A stretch of 64,000 bases of DNA, from contig NC_043000.1 of the NCBI RefSeq assembly GCF_006345805.1, positions 77,996,001 through 78,060,000 on the forward strand, read 5' to 3'. A model generated the notes under the pieces. The model worked only from the letters and a program-made list of their open reading frames with translations, was not told where the DNA came from and did no database searches. This stretch comes from Octopus sinensis. Lineage: Eukaryota. The position numbers and the translations under genes are program-made. Below are positions 41,783 to 54,968 of the stretch, piece by piece. How positions within the stretch are numbered: the first letter of the stretch is position 1; each line of letters starts with the position of its first letter.

Positions 41783-42149
41783 TTTGTTTTCTTCTTTCTT
41801 ATTTGTGTCTCTCCTTACTAACCGTCAGCCATTTTGTATTTCTATTGTATGTCTTCATTTGCGCATGCTTATATCTCTATGTGCGTTTATGTTTATTTAG
41901 TGTGTGTATGTGGGGGATGCCTGTAATATTTGGATCTTCTGTTTATATATGTTCATGTAATTTGTATTTTGTTTTTGTTGTTTTTGTTTATTCTTATTTT
42001 GTTCATGTGTTCACATCCACTAATTATTATCATTACATATGCTTGTATGTATAACAACAATACTATTAATAATAATAATAATCGAATCGAAAAAAAAAAT
42101 ATATATATATAAAAATATCTACATATATATATATAGATAGATATATATC

Positions 42150-42237
<88 letters not shown>

Positions 42238-42312
42238 GCACATATATATAGCTATTTATTTCTATTAGTTTATTTATCTGTGTATTTATTATGTTTTCAG
42301 GATCCTCTATTG

Positions 42313-42790
42313 TCATATGTTGTGGTGTGTGTTAGTGCTCCATTCTAGTTTTCTATTCAGGCTAGGTTTATTTTCTATTATGTGTGTAGCTTCTGTAATT
42401 TGTCTAATTGTTGCATCTGATCTATGTGTGGATAATATTTTAATTTCTATGTTATTGATTGATCCCCCGTGTTCTTGTTCGGCATGTTGGTACAGAATCG
42501 ATGTGCTTTTATCTTCCTTGAGTTGTCTCCAATGCCCATTTACCCGCTCTCCTATGCTTCTTGCCGTTTCCCCTACGTATGTCGTTGTCTTGTTACTGCA
42601 TCGTCCCTCTATACATCTTATACTATAGACTACATTTCTGGCTTTACAGTTTGTTTGTGGGCTAAATCTACATACAGTACAGTACTTATCCGTACAGGGG
42701 GTTCTACTAAAAGGATAGGTTCTACCAATTATAGATTTGATAGGGTTGCCTGGCTTTTCAACAACCTTAATTCTTAGCTTAATTTTGTCT
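42313..42790 (-). pseudogene. GIY-YIG endonuclease domain of PLE (open in the inverted arm)
   Basis: CTDKYCTVC, NVVYSIRC, YVGET, R..E..H and EA..I...PSLN motifs. The sense-arm copy has a stop at 43308-43310 and a 4-bp deletion. Confidence 0.88.
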
Positions 42791-43809
42791 GAATGAAGGA
42801 TTTGGGTTTTATTATTCACAATTTCTAGCCAGAGTTCGGTGTCTAGTACTATGCCAAACCAATGGCCTCAAAATACTTGACCACCGGAACTCAGCCATTG
42901 CGGACAATGCCAAATTCAATATCTTGATGGCAGACCTCGTCAGAATAATGAGAAACGTGTCACGCATGTGCGAGCCTACAGAGTTAAAGAGACACATACA
43001 ATATTTCATTCACCGCATGCAGTTCTCAGGTTACAGCCATAAAGAAAGGATCAGAGTATACAAAGGAGCCATTAAGAAATTTGATAATATATTATGTAAT
43101 GATAGGAATGGGATTTGCCCACTCTATAGGAACAAGTCATGGAACACTATAGAAAGGACAAAAAAGAAAATAGGGAAGGCCAACTCTTGGTATGATAGCC
43201 ATAAATACCAGAGTGTCATGTTCGTTGACACCACCCCTGGAGGTGAACTGGCGTACCGCTTTAGAAGGACCCTAGACAAAATTAAGCTAAGAATTGAGGT
43301 TGTTGAATAGTCAGGCAACCCTATCAAATCTATAATTGGTAGAACCTATCCTTTTAGTAGAACCCCCTGTACGGATAAGTACTGTACTGTATGTAGATTT
43401 AGCCCACAAACTGTAAAGCCAGAAATGTAGTCTATAGTATAAGATGTACAGAGGGATGATGCAGTAACAAGACAACGACATACGTAGGGGAAACGGCAAG
43501 AAGCATAGGAGAGCGGGTAAATGGGCATTGGAGACAACTCAAGGAAGGTAAAAGCACATCGATTCTGTACCAACATGTCGAACAGGAACACGGGGGATCA
43601 ATCAATAACATAGAAATTAAAATATTATCCACACATAGATCAGATGCAGCAATTAGACAAATTACAGAAGCTACACACATAATAGAAAATAAACCTAGCC
43701 TGAATAGAAAACTAGAATGGAGCACCAACACACACCACAACATATGACAATAGAGGATCCTGAAAACATAATAAATACACAGAAAAATAAACTAATAGAA
43801 ATAAATAGC

Positions 43810-43867
<58 letters not shown>

Positions 43868-44235
43868 AGATATATATCTATATATATATATGTAGATATT
43901 TTTTTAATTTATATATATATATATTTGTTTTCGATTCGATTTATTATTATTATTAATAGTATTGTTGTTATACATACAAGCATATGTAATGATAATAATA
44001 AGTGGATGTAAACACATGAACAAAATAAAAATAAACAAAAACAACAAAAACAAAATACAAATTACATGAACATATATAAACAGAAGATCCAAATATTACA
44101 GGCATCCCCCACATACACACACTAAATATACATAAACGCAGAGATATAAGCATGCGCAAATGAAGACATACAATAGAAATACAAAATGGCTGACGGTTAG
44201 TAAGGAGAGACACAAATAAGAAAGAAGAAAACAAA

Positions 44236-44279
44236 GGACCACTGATGCGGTCACAGGAGTGTGACGAAAGAACTCTGCC
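44236..44279 (+). ncRNA. Hammerhead-like motif in PLE pLTR (second copy)
   Basis: GGACCA-CTGATGCG-GTCACA ggag TGTGAC-GAAA-GAAC-TC-TGCC. Confidence 0.62.
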
Positions 44280-44460
44280 GAAATAAGATTAAGATTAATG
44301 TAAAAAATAAATAACACTGAAGCAAAATAACACCAAATATATAGTGCGTGTGTTTTTATTGGCTAAACTGGCAAAATGACCATTCCGAAACATAACAATA
44401 TCTGTTTCAACACACGACTTCACATAAAAAATCTTGCACAACAAATATTTAAACGTATAT

Positions 44461-44522
<62 letters not shown>

Positions 44523-44689
44523 AGTAAATGTAAGGACCAGCAAGTTAGGCAAGTCGATATACAAAAAATATTATATACATTTAATACAAAAAATGTACCT
44601 ATGTATACATATAAAAAACGTCCGACTTACATTTTACATAGAATGGAAATGATATCAGAAATTAAGGGGGCTGGGTAGGAGTTTTACGA

Positions 44690-44769
44690 TTCCAACAGCT
44701 GTTTCTGGGGGCTTGGTGGTCCAAAATAATGTTTGTCATTGGATACCGCTAGCCTCTATCTTCAGGGAA
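44690..44769 (-). ncRNA. Type I hammerhead ribozyme motif
   Basis: Minus strand: TTCC-CTGAAGA-TaGaGGCT...AGCCcCcA-GAAAC-AGCT-GTT-GGAA. Palindromic stem III ACAGCTGT. Confidence 0.72.
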
Positions 44770-45074
44770 CAAGTTTACATTTGAAGTGTTGACAGAATGG
44801 AGATTAAAGATGGACTTGCCTAACTTGCTGGTCCTTACATTTACTCCGCTATCTGCTCAAGTTCAAATCTCTTGAGCACTATGAAGTGTATTCTATACAG
44901 AGAAAACCTGTCTCTAATCTATGAACTATATATATATGCATATATATATATATACATACGTATGTATGTGTGTGATTTTTCTTTGAGCTTTATTTAAGTT
45001 CTTCGCTAGAGGCTTCAAGTTGGTCGCTAACAAAGCGGCAAGACATTATAATTTAAGAGAGACCGCAAAGTTTT

Positions 45075-45830
45075 TTTTTTAATGTGATTGGTCTGGTGTG
45101 TTGGTGGAACTGTTCACATAAGAATCTCAGCTGGAAAATTTTGGCAATGTTTTCACTGGGTTACTAATCTGTATCAGTTGCGTTTGCTCTTTTTCCGTGA
45201 AACCGAGTATTTCTAAGATTTTGTGCAAATTTCTTGGTACATAACCTAATGCACCTATGGTGATAGGTACAAATGAGAATTCATAGTCAGGATACAGAGC
45301 TGGAAGTTCCGCATTAATTTGCCATAAATGTTCTCTTTTTCCTGGACTTTTGATTGTACATTCACATATGCTGGGCAGCTAACCTCTACAATAGTGCGTG
45401 ACTTATATACATTTAATACAAAAAATGTACCTATGTATACATATAAAAAACGTCCGACTTACATTTTACATAGAATGGAAATGATATCAGAAATTAAGGG
45501 GGCTGGGTAGGAGTTTTACGAGTCCAACAGCTGTTTCTGGGGGCTTGGTGGTCCAAAAAATTTGTTCCCTGTCCCACAGATCAATATCAAATCTGGAATG
45601 CTTGCACCGAACTGATGTTTTTATCAGGGTGTTCCACCAGTATTTGTTTTTAAAGGTGTGAATACCTGCTGGTTCTGACATGCTTTTGATGCATGTGGAA
45701 GGCCTCGTTTCTGCCATTCGACGGTGGGTGTACATTCGACAGGTAACTTCTCCAAATATCTTTTTCTTTGTATGTCCATGAATTTCAATAACCTAATGTG
45801 GAAAACCCTCGCGATTAAGTCGTGTCGATG
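45075..45830 (-). mobile_element. Decayed RLE LINE 3' fragment interrupted by a ~156-bp insertion (45403-45558)
   Basis: KYWWNTLIKTSVRCKHSRFDIDLWDRE...TIVEVSCPA...FVPITIGALGYVP. The insert duplicates 44571-44727. Confidence 0.75.
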
Positions 45831-45849
45831 ATGGGGTTTTTACCCTAGC

Positions 45850-47670
45850 AGAAGGTTTTCAGTAACTTCAATCCACTTAGGATTGCTTGTGAATGTAAAG
45901 AAAAGGTCTGGAGAACCAAAGTTTCTAACATAGACCATAGCGTCTTGTGTTTTTTCGTGCATGTACCTTGGTCCACCGGTGAAGGAAGCCGGGAGAATAA
46001 TTTTGTGGCCGACATTTTGAATGCATCATTGGCAATAGCACCCCGCAAGTGGATGTAGGATTCAGCACGAAGTTTTTGTCGGTTATTTTTTATATAAAGA
46101 AGGTGCTCTCTCTCTCCACTTTAGCGTACATGTCTACCATGAACTGCTGAAAAAGGTCACGACATTTGAGTAAGTGACTGACCGGCTCACGAACCATGAT
46201 CATGAAGTCATTGCTACTGACAGACGTAATTTGATAATTATGTCCGGTTAGTGGATCAAATTGAGGTATGCCGAAGTGATAGTCATCTTGCCCTTCCCAG
46301 AATATGGTTGGGTACTGTATGAACGATGAGTCTCAGGAATCCTTCGTAATGTATGGTCACGTGAGTGGATAACAATATCTGTGGTCACATTGATCGCCAA
46401 CTAAGATACAGGCGACCTCTTCAGTGGTGGGAGCATTGTATGCTATCCATCGGGGGTTTTTTTGTCGGCTCTTATAGCTAGGATGATGTCATTTGAAATT
46501 TGTGCCCGTTCTACAGCAACTTTGATCTGTCGAATCAGATTACTGTGGGCCAAAAATATGATCTACAGAACAGAAACGATGTCCTCATGCAAGGTTGTTA
46601 TTATCTGGCAGCCTCTCCTTAACTGCTGCTGGTTGTTCCCACAAAGTAAATTTGCAGAAATTTGGCCTGCTAATCGTTGGATGGCAGAAGCGACCCTATC
46701 AAGGGGTACACCTGTCTTTAAACTCTAAGTGTCATCTGAATTCCTTCTTTGGCTAGTTGTTTAGTCGCACCAAAAGATGTAATCTGGAAAGCGAAATTGT
46801 AGCGTAGGAGAATAAGTGCTTTGATTCTGTAGTACACCCATCTAGCAAGTCAAATAATAGCTGTGGAGGAGGTTGTAAAAGAGGAATCTGAACCTTGTCT
46901 CCAGAGCAACACATTCCAGGACTTCTCACGTAAACTTCTTTGCCCCACAGAGGCTGCACAGATGCGATAGCCCGCCTACTCTTACAGCAGGATCTTCACT
47001 GTAATCTAAATTAGGATCATATCTAAGAGCCGATATCTCTTCACAAAATTCACCTTCCATTGGTACATGCTTGGGGGCAGCAGGCATTATATGTTGGACA
47101 CTCGAACTCGTTATAGCAACACTGTCTTTACGGTGATTTGTCCTAAGAGACGCTTACTTATTGGATGCTTGTAAGAGGCGGTGGGCACGCTGTTGGTGAG
47201 ACTCATCTGCTCGGCTTGTTGCAGTTCTATATCTAAGGCGTGCCAAACGGTGTTCCTGAGACTCAGCAGATCCGGCTGCTGCAATTATACGTCTGTTTCG
47301 TAGTAAATGTATCGAACGTGCTTCTTGAAACTTTGCTGCACTGATTACTGCAGTTCTACGTCTGTTTCGCAGAAGACATTTCAACGTATATTTCGAAGAG
47401 ACTCAGCTGCTCGCGTTGCTTCTGAAGTGCACCGATTATGAAAAAGATGCACCTGGTGGTCAACCCCAGACTCGGATGCCCGTGTTGGTGTTTTTCTATA
47501 CCTGGTTTTTGAAAGTCGTTGCAATCGCTCACTTTGAGACTATGACGCTCGCATTGCTGCAGCTCTTTGTCTATTAAAGAGTAGGCGCTGTTCTTGAGCA
47601 CGAACAGAGGTAGTATCCTTTGCGAACCTTGTTTGTGGAGATAAATTGGAATGTCTTCGTTTTGGCGGCA
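45850..47670 (-). mobile_element. Decayed Helitron RepHel N-terminus and start of Rep domain
   Basis: MPPKRR..., R/E-rich repeats, CCSGDKVQIPLLQPPP, YNAPTTEEVA, QYPTIFWEG, LFQQFMVDMYAKVE, ILPASFTGGPRYMHE and PDLFFTFTSNPKW across frameshifts. Confidence 0.88.
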
Positions 47671-48909
47671 TGGCTGAAAAGAGCGAACGATTAAGGAACA
47701 TATAAGATGGAAGACATATCAATTTGAAGTTGTGCATTGTATAATCCGATTTTTTAGTAAGGAATGAAGAGATGTAGAAAAATTCACATGTCAATTTGTA
47801 TGCCGTTTTCATGAGAAGCGGTAAACTCTCAATGATTTGGCTATGTTCTGTGTTGATAAGCGTAATGCTTTCTGTTAGCAGATATATAATGGAGTGGATT
47901 AATGGCGTAATGGAAGTTATTGTTTGTCCAGAAGTGAAGTGGGGAGGTACAATTTGCATGAAAGTGATTTATGTTCTTCGGAGATATCACAAACTATGTA
48001 GTTTCATCGAATAAAAAGGGCTTAGTATAATTTTGCACAGAAATCATGTTTTCAAAATTATAATTTCCCCTCCCCAACGGAATGTCTTAATTTTTAACTG
48101 TTTTTCGAATTTTGTTTGTTATCCACGTATAAATATAGAGATTTCGAATGTGGGAAATATAATTTGTTGTTGAAAGTTTAACGTTTCTGAAAGGAATACT
48201 GAATGACCCTTTCCCCATCTCGGCCACTCATCAGCTACCCACTTTGGGGCGAAATGCAAATGTCCTGTATGGAAAACATAGGAATGTGAGTAAATTGAGG
48301 AAAGAAATAAAGTGGGGTGGGAACTTTAACACTGTGTGTGTGCGCGCGCGCCAAAGGAAGTTATTTTTGCATACCTTTCTTAATTCCAATTAATTAGTGG
48401 AGGTTGTGAATTGTTGACAGTCTGAGATCTCCGTAAATTATAATCAGAAATTGATAGAGAGAGATAATGCCTAATTCTACGCTTGCATGAAACATGGGAC
48501 GAAAGTGAAAATGACCTGAAAAATTGTGCGACACGACCTCGGTTCTGCGGTTCTCAGCATCCCCTTCTCTCCCGCTTTCCCCCTCTCTTTTTGCCGGCTT
48601 TCTTTCACTTTCAACTATGGAACATACATAGGGTATGAAACATTCTCATCCGCTATCCGTCTTTCAACTTCTCCTTTAGAAACTTGTTTTCTGTCTCTGT
48701 TTATTTCTCTTGTCTCTCTGTCTTTTTCTTATTTTGCTTTTTTCTCGGTCATTCCGTAAAAATTTATTTGTTTATGCTTTGATGAGAGCAGAAATTGAAA
48801 GGAAAGCGAAAGCGAAAAGGGGAGAGAGAGCAGAAAGTGAAGGAGATGAGAAAGTGGAAGATGAATGTACGGGTATATGAAATGGATGTGTTTGTTTGTT
48901 TGTTTGTTT

Positions 48910-48967
<58 letters not shown>

Positions 48968-50046
48968 GTGTTTATGCATGTGTACGAGAGAGAGAGAAAG
49001 AGAGGCAGAGAGATAGAGTGAGTGAGTGAATGTATGTGTCGTGATGATGGATGTCTTTTAAAGTACACATTCATATAGAAAATGCGACGTCGTCGTATAA
49101 AATGGAAAACATTATAATTTTAATTTTTTGTAATGCAAATATGTCAATCAAAATAAAGTATAATTGGTAGCCGAAATAGTACTGAACCTTTTGATACCCC
49201 ATATGTCAAAATCGGCACCTCTGTTTTGGAATGCTTAAGAAACATACGCACACACATACAAACTCTCTTTTAAAGATATAGATATATGGACTAAATAACT
49301 TTACATTAAGGAGTGGCATGTACTTGTACAAAGCAGACAAAATGGAAAGGGTGTTACCCCGGAGGATGGTAACGGAAAATACGCAAATATCTGTCGCAGA
49401 TACTGTTTCTGTCCCTGGTAGATTTAATCTGTTGCCTCGTTTAACACTATCATATCTTTGAATACCGTTACAGACCTACCACTGATGCCTGAAACATAAC
49501 TATTTCATTAATTCGGAGCAGGTCTCCCGGTTCCGAATAACTATATGTTGGGTTACTGCAGTAAACCACATACATGTCTTGCTTTATTTTAAAACTACCA
49601 CACAACTACCACCATCACCATCACCACCATCATCATCGCTACCATCACCACCACCACAGCAACAACAATAATAACAAAAATAACCACAAACAACAAAACA
49701 ACAACGACAACCATCACAACAAACACATCGGTACTACCACGATAAACTTCACCACCACCTACCTCGGAAACCAAATAAAAACATAGTTGTCCTTCCTTGT
49801 CTGATCTACGATATAAAAAAAAAATCATACGTGACCTGAAATATTAAATATTCAGCATCGTCTGATACACTTCTTGCTATTACCATCAGAGAAGAATACG
49901 TTAATTTTTACAATGTGTCCTTCGTACACCCATCCCGTATGTGCGCGTGCGCGCGTATGTAGGTAGGTAGGCAGGTAGGTAGGTAGGTAGGTAGGTAGGT
50001 AGGTAGGTAGGTAGATAGAGAGATAGACAGACAGACAGAGACAGAC

Positions 50047-50130
<84 letters not shown>

Positions 50131-50298
50131 GTAGGTGTGTCTATGATAGAAACCTGCATACATGCGTACGCACATAGCAATATGACCCTAACACACACAT
50201 ACACATACATATGTATGCATGTTCAGCACACACACGCACATACATATTTGTGTATGTGTATGTATGTATGTATGTATGTATGTAATTATGTAAGTATG

Positions 50299-50347
<49 letters not shown>

Positions 50348-50499
50348 AGGATAATATAACACGAGAATGGAAGATAAAAGGCTTTAATAGAGATCACATT
50401 AGTTTCTGCACGGCACACCAGCTTTAAGTTGCTAAGTTTATTATCATATACATACCATTATAGAAAAACAGTCTTTATAAATATTATACTGTTGAATGC

Positions 50500-50745
50500 T
50501 GCACCCCGGCAGCTTTGTGTGGGCGCTTCATCTACAATAGTCTGGGCTCTGTCTACCATCTGTTCCACAACGAGAAAATCACTGGGAAAAAGGCAGTGAT
50601 GATGACGTCATATCTGCTATCGATGACTTTTCGCAGTAACAAGGCGAAAGCTTTTTCATCAATGAGATTCAACCATGCAACACCGGTAGAAGAAGAATGT
50701 GAACAGGAAGGGGGACTATGTTGAAAAATACACCTCATTAGGTCA
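50500..50745 (+). mobile_element. Mariner 3' fragment
   Basis: YHLF...DDDVISA...GDYVEK* C-terminal transposase remnants. Confidence 0.6.
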
Positions 50746-50799
50746 CATTTTCGAGAATTCCATTTTTGAATCATTTCGGAATCTTATTTTGTTTTGTTT

Positions 50800-51907
50800 T
50801 GTTTTTCTAGTTAATTTTAGTTAATTTTTGTTTATTTTCAGATCATTAAAATGGAATGTCAAGTTAAGAAAAACGAGCATTTTCGACACCTTCTTTTTGC
50901 TTTTAATCAAGGTTCTAAGGCTGCAAAAGCTACTCGCGACATTTGTGCTGTGTATGGAGAGGGTGCCATAATTGAAAGAACCGCTGGTGATTGGTATGCC
51001 AACTTCAAAAATGGAAATTTTGACCTCAAAGATGCACTCGTTCTGGCCGTCCAGTTGAGTTCTATGAAGAGCGATTAAACCAACTTTTGCACGAAATTTC
51101 TCGTCAAACGGCAAGGGAACTGGCAGAGAAAATGGAATGTTCCCACACTGCTATAGAGAAGCATCTTCACTCGATAAGAAAGGTTCAGAAGTATGGAGTA
51201 TGGGTTCCGCATGCTTTAAGTGACAACAACAAAAATCAACGAGCCACAATCTCCGCTAGTTTGCTTGCTTGTCACCGCTCAACTCATGAACACAAGCAAC
51301 GATTTCTTTCCTGGCGATGAAAAATGGTGCCTGTACATCAATATGAAGCAGCGTAAGGAGTGGCTTAGCCCTGGTAAACAAGCGACACCGCGCGTAAAAC
51401 AAGATCTTCATCCGCGTAAAACGATGTTGTGCGTATAGTGAAACTGGAAAGGGATTATTCATTACGAATTGCTTGAACAGAAGCAAACGGTCAACGCGAA
51501 ACTCTATGTTCAATAGATGGAACGACTCAACACGGCTCAATAGACCTAATCGGCAGCATGGAGTTCATCTGCTGCGCGACAACGCTCGCCCTCATATCGC
51601 CAATATGACCAAGGTAGCCATTCAAACGCATGGCTAGGAAGAGCTGTCACATCCGCCGACTCTCCTGATTTGACAACAACGGATTTCCACTTCTTTCGAT
51701 CTCTTTCAAATGCTATGCGCGGAGTTTCGTTCAATACTGATGCAGAATTGAGAGCTTGGTTGGATCAATTTTCCGAGTCAATAATCTTGTTGAACGTTAG
51801 GAAGTAGTTGTAAACATCAAGAGTGAATACATTATTGATTATTTTTTAATTAAACCTTTTAAAAAATTTTAATTTGAAAAAACGGCGGGAACTTAGCTGC
51901 CAACCGA

Positions 51908-51910
<3 letters not shown>
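50800..51910 (+). mobile_element. Decayed mariner (5' TIR missing)
   Basis: MECQVKKNEHFRHLLFAF, GVWVPHALS, GDEKWCLY and SPDL...DFHFFRSL. 3' TIR AAACGGCGGGAACTTAGCTGCCAACCGAATA. Confidence 0.9.
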
Positions 51911-51938
<28 letters not shown>

Positions 51939-51951
51939 ATATATATATATC

Positions 51952-52347
51952 TGTCACATATTTCAACTGCTAAAGGCAAATACACTGCAGTTACCACAGA
52001 GAAAGAATCTCTCGTGAAAACACCCAGTTCGTTTAGTGTCGCCATTTCTCAGGAATCTCAGGTATTGATGTTTAGAGTTTATTGACTCGATCTACTAGCG
52101 CAAATCAGTCAACGTGTTGACTGAATTATATATAACGCTACAAGCTTTATTTAGTTTGTTCAGGGTTACCTCTCTTAGGTACATCTCACTGACAAGTGTC
52201 AATAAACTCGAAACATCGATGTCTGAAATTGTCGAGAGATGGCGACACTGAACGAACTGGGTGTTTTCACACCTTTTTAGCAGAAGAGAGATTCTTTCTC
52301 CGCGGTAACTGCAGTGTATTAACCTTTAGCAGTTGAAATATGTGACA
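51952..52347 (+). mobile_element. Fold-back element with hammerhead motif (52184-52228)
   Basis: 51952-52088 is inverted at 52196-52347. TCTCA-CTGACAA-GTGT caataa ACTC-GAAAC-ATCGAT-GTC-TGAAA; the other arm supplies GAGT and TGAGA. Confidence 0.7.
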
Positions 52348-54119
52348 AGCATATTTCAACTAACCTAAATTGTGATTATACGTAAACACCATTTTGCGCC
52401 ATTACTTCGTTATATATATACATATATACGTCTGCACAGGTGCATGCATGCAAAGTGAACACCCGCATTCACACTCATATTTATCTTATCTTGTGTTAAT
52501 TAAAAGTATTATTTAAAAGTATTATTTCGAAACATTGCTTAAACAGTTACGCAGTTCCATGACTTCGATTGTATACAGTTTATAACGCCTATAATAATGA
52601 AAGCAAGAGCGTGAGCTTGAAGCAGTCATTTTTGCATGTGTCATTCACAAAGGTTTTTAAACGAAAGAGCATCAGGATGAGCGTTTTCTTCAAACCTTCA
52701 TTTCATATTTCAAAAAATATTCAGACAGTGAATATTCAAAAGAAAGCTAGGCTTGGTTTACCAGCTGATGATCGGAAACGAACAACTCTGAGTGTTGGTA
52801 ATTGGAGCCTTTCTGTTATCACGTATCAACACTTGTACTGAGTCCAGTAATTTAATCGCTACTGGTAAATCAATAGAGATTGATGTGTGTGTGTGTGTGT
52901 GGTGTGTGTGTGTGTGTGTGTGTTGTGTGTGTGTGTGTGTACAATATAGATATCTTAAACAAATATGAGCCAAGAGAGATGACTCAGAAGGATACTTAGC
53001 TTGTATATAAACAGCATATTCAAATATATCAAATACTATACAATATAAATTCTTGTTACATTTTAATTATCCCTGCCTCAAGTACATGTGTCATGATTAT
53101 CAAATAGCAAGACCAGCTCCGTATGAGAAAGAGAGATAATCTCCAGAATCAAGGCTTATTGTCAGAGATAAGAGAACAGTAGTTGATATGTGTTTCTGCC
53201 TCAATAGGCGTTATTAGCACGACAATTATTTTTATCTCCTGCAACCAAATGACAAAGTCATAGACCAAAAGAGTAGAACAGATTTATAACCCAGATAATT
53301 TGTTTAAATTAAGCAATTATGAGGTGAGAGAAATAATTATTTTTGCTTATACAAACACACACACATTCGCTAAAACTTCCAGAGACACGCGCATGACAAG
53401 ATAAACAGAATTTGCAGATTCATCTATTGTGTAACTAAATAAGTATATGCATGAATGCTAAAGTATGTGGATGTAAATACATTTGCTTATGTATGTTTTT
53501 ATAAATGTGAGGGGAGTGTATGAATATGTACATTTATATAATGTATATATAACGGCGTGTGTATACACATATACATATGTGTGTGTGTGCGTCTATGTGT
53601 AGATGTATGTGTACGTAAATTTAGACATAATTGACTAAATGCTACTATTTCTCTACATATAAGAAATTACATAATACTGTTATGAAATGACGCGTTTTGT
53701 TCTTTTTGAAAGCAATTTCGAAACATTCGTAAATACAATGCGTAAATATGGACGGAAACACATGCACATACAACCTCATGCGCACGACTTATGTACTGTC
53801 TGATTGTTAATAACTGTACAATAGACATTGATACTCGTACATAGGCATATTAATGAATACAAATCACACCCACATACACACACATATATATATATTAATA
53901 CATATATATGTACATTTGTGAACAGATACACAAATATATAGGCATACATCTATGTATTTTCATTAAACACCATTTAACAAAAACAAGGCGATATAATGGA
54001 TTACTGGACAATAAAATCACAGGCTAATGACATAACTTGTAATACAAAAGTTTTCTGTGTGCACGTGTGTATGTTTGAGTTCATATGTGAATACACATAT
54101 ATACGTGTGCGTATATATT

Positions 54120-54968
54120 CTTTTGTTCTTTTAATTGTTTCAGTCATTTGACTGTGGCCATTCTGGAGCACTGCCTTTTAGTCGAAGTCTAAAGTCTTTA
54201 TAAGTCTGGTGCTTACTCTATCGGTCTCTTATGCCGAACCGCTAAGTTACGGGGACGTAAACACACCAACATCAGTTGTCAATTGATGGGGAGTGAGGAC
54301 AAACACAGACACAAGCACACACATAAATAAATATATACTCTCAGAATTACAACTATTAGTGGTTTGGAGTTTAGCTGCTCTTTCTAGTGAGTCGGATGTT
54401 CTATTATAGCCATCCCTTATATGTTTGAATGTATATTATATAGTCTATTGACTATTTTTCTCTTTCTCACTTGACCGCTGGTAGCGGAGAATTTTTCTAA
54501 AATTTTTTGCTACCCTAAAATTTATTAATTAATGATTTTTTTGGCTAATTTTGAAATTAAATCGGCAGTTTATTTACTGCTGAGTAAACCGCGTGAATGC
54601 GGTGAATTTTGAAAATTTATAGCATATAGACTCGAGGCATGCTCGTTATCGCCTTGGCTTTTCTGATGATGAGTGCAACACCAGTGGTAAATAAATTTTA
54701 TTTTATTTTATTTATTTACATAAGATTGCCGAAACTATGCATAGTCCAGAAAGGAAAGGGTAAACGTTTTTATTTCTCTTTCCATTTCAGAATTACAACT
54801 ATTATTAAATAAATATATACATATATTCGACGGGCTTCTTTCAGTTGCCGTCAACCAAATCTACTCACGACGCTTTGGTCGGCCTGAGGCTATTGTAGAA
54901 GACACTTGCCCAAGGTGCCACACTGTGAGAGTGAACCCGGAATAATGTGGCTGGGAAGCAAGCTTCTT
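54120..54968 (-). mobile_element. SINE hosting two nested insertions (family B HHR unit and HAL1-like element); resumes at 56998-57033
   Basis: SINE 3' half at 54120-54320 and 5' half at 54828-54968, continuing as GAAGCAAGCTTCTTACCACACAGC at 56998. Confidence 0.75.
54341..54805 (+). mobile_element. HHR-bearing element (family B): ~446-bp unit with short terminal repeat
   Basis: TCAGAATTACAACTATTA at 54341 and 54787. HHR 54660-54752: TTTCTG-ATGATGA-GtGCAA...TTGCC-GAAAC-TATGCATA-GTC-CAGAAA (C3 mutated). Confidence 0.75.

Larger units (their letters stand above)
41621..44396 (+). mobile_element. 5'-truncated Penelope-like element (probably Naiad group) with ~1.15-kb inverted duplication of EN and pLTR
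   Basis: 41621-42790 is the reverse complement of 43274-44396. The spacer encodes an RT thumb (YYAKPMAS...ADLVRIMRNVS...RMQFSGY). The arms encode GIY-YIG (NVVYSIRC...YVGETARSIGERVNGH...RQITEA...LN) and HHR-like motifs. Confidence 0.9.

Noticed and set aside
42313-42330. TGA ending the PLE endonuclease ORF as possible selenocysteine codon (reported for some Naiads)
   Set aside because: It follows the conserved EN end, a TAG occurs two codons later, and no SECIS was recognised.
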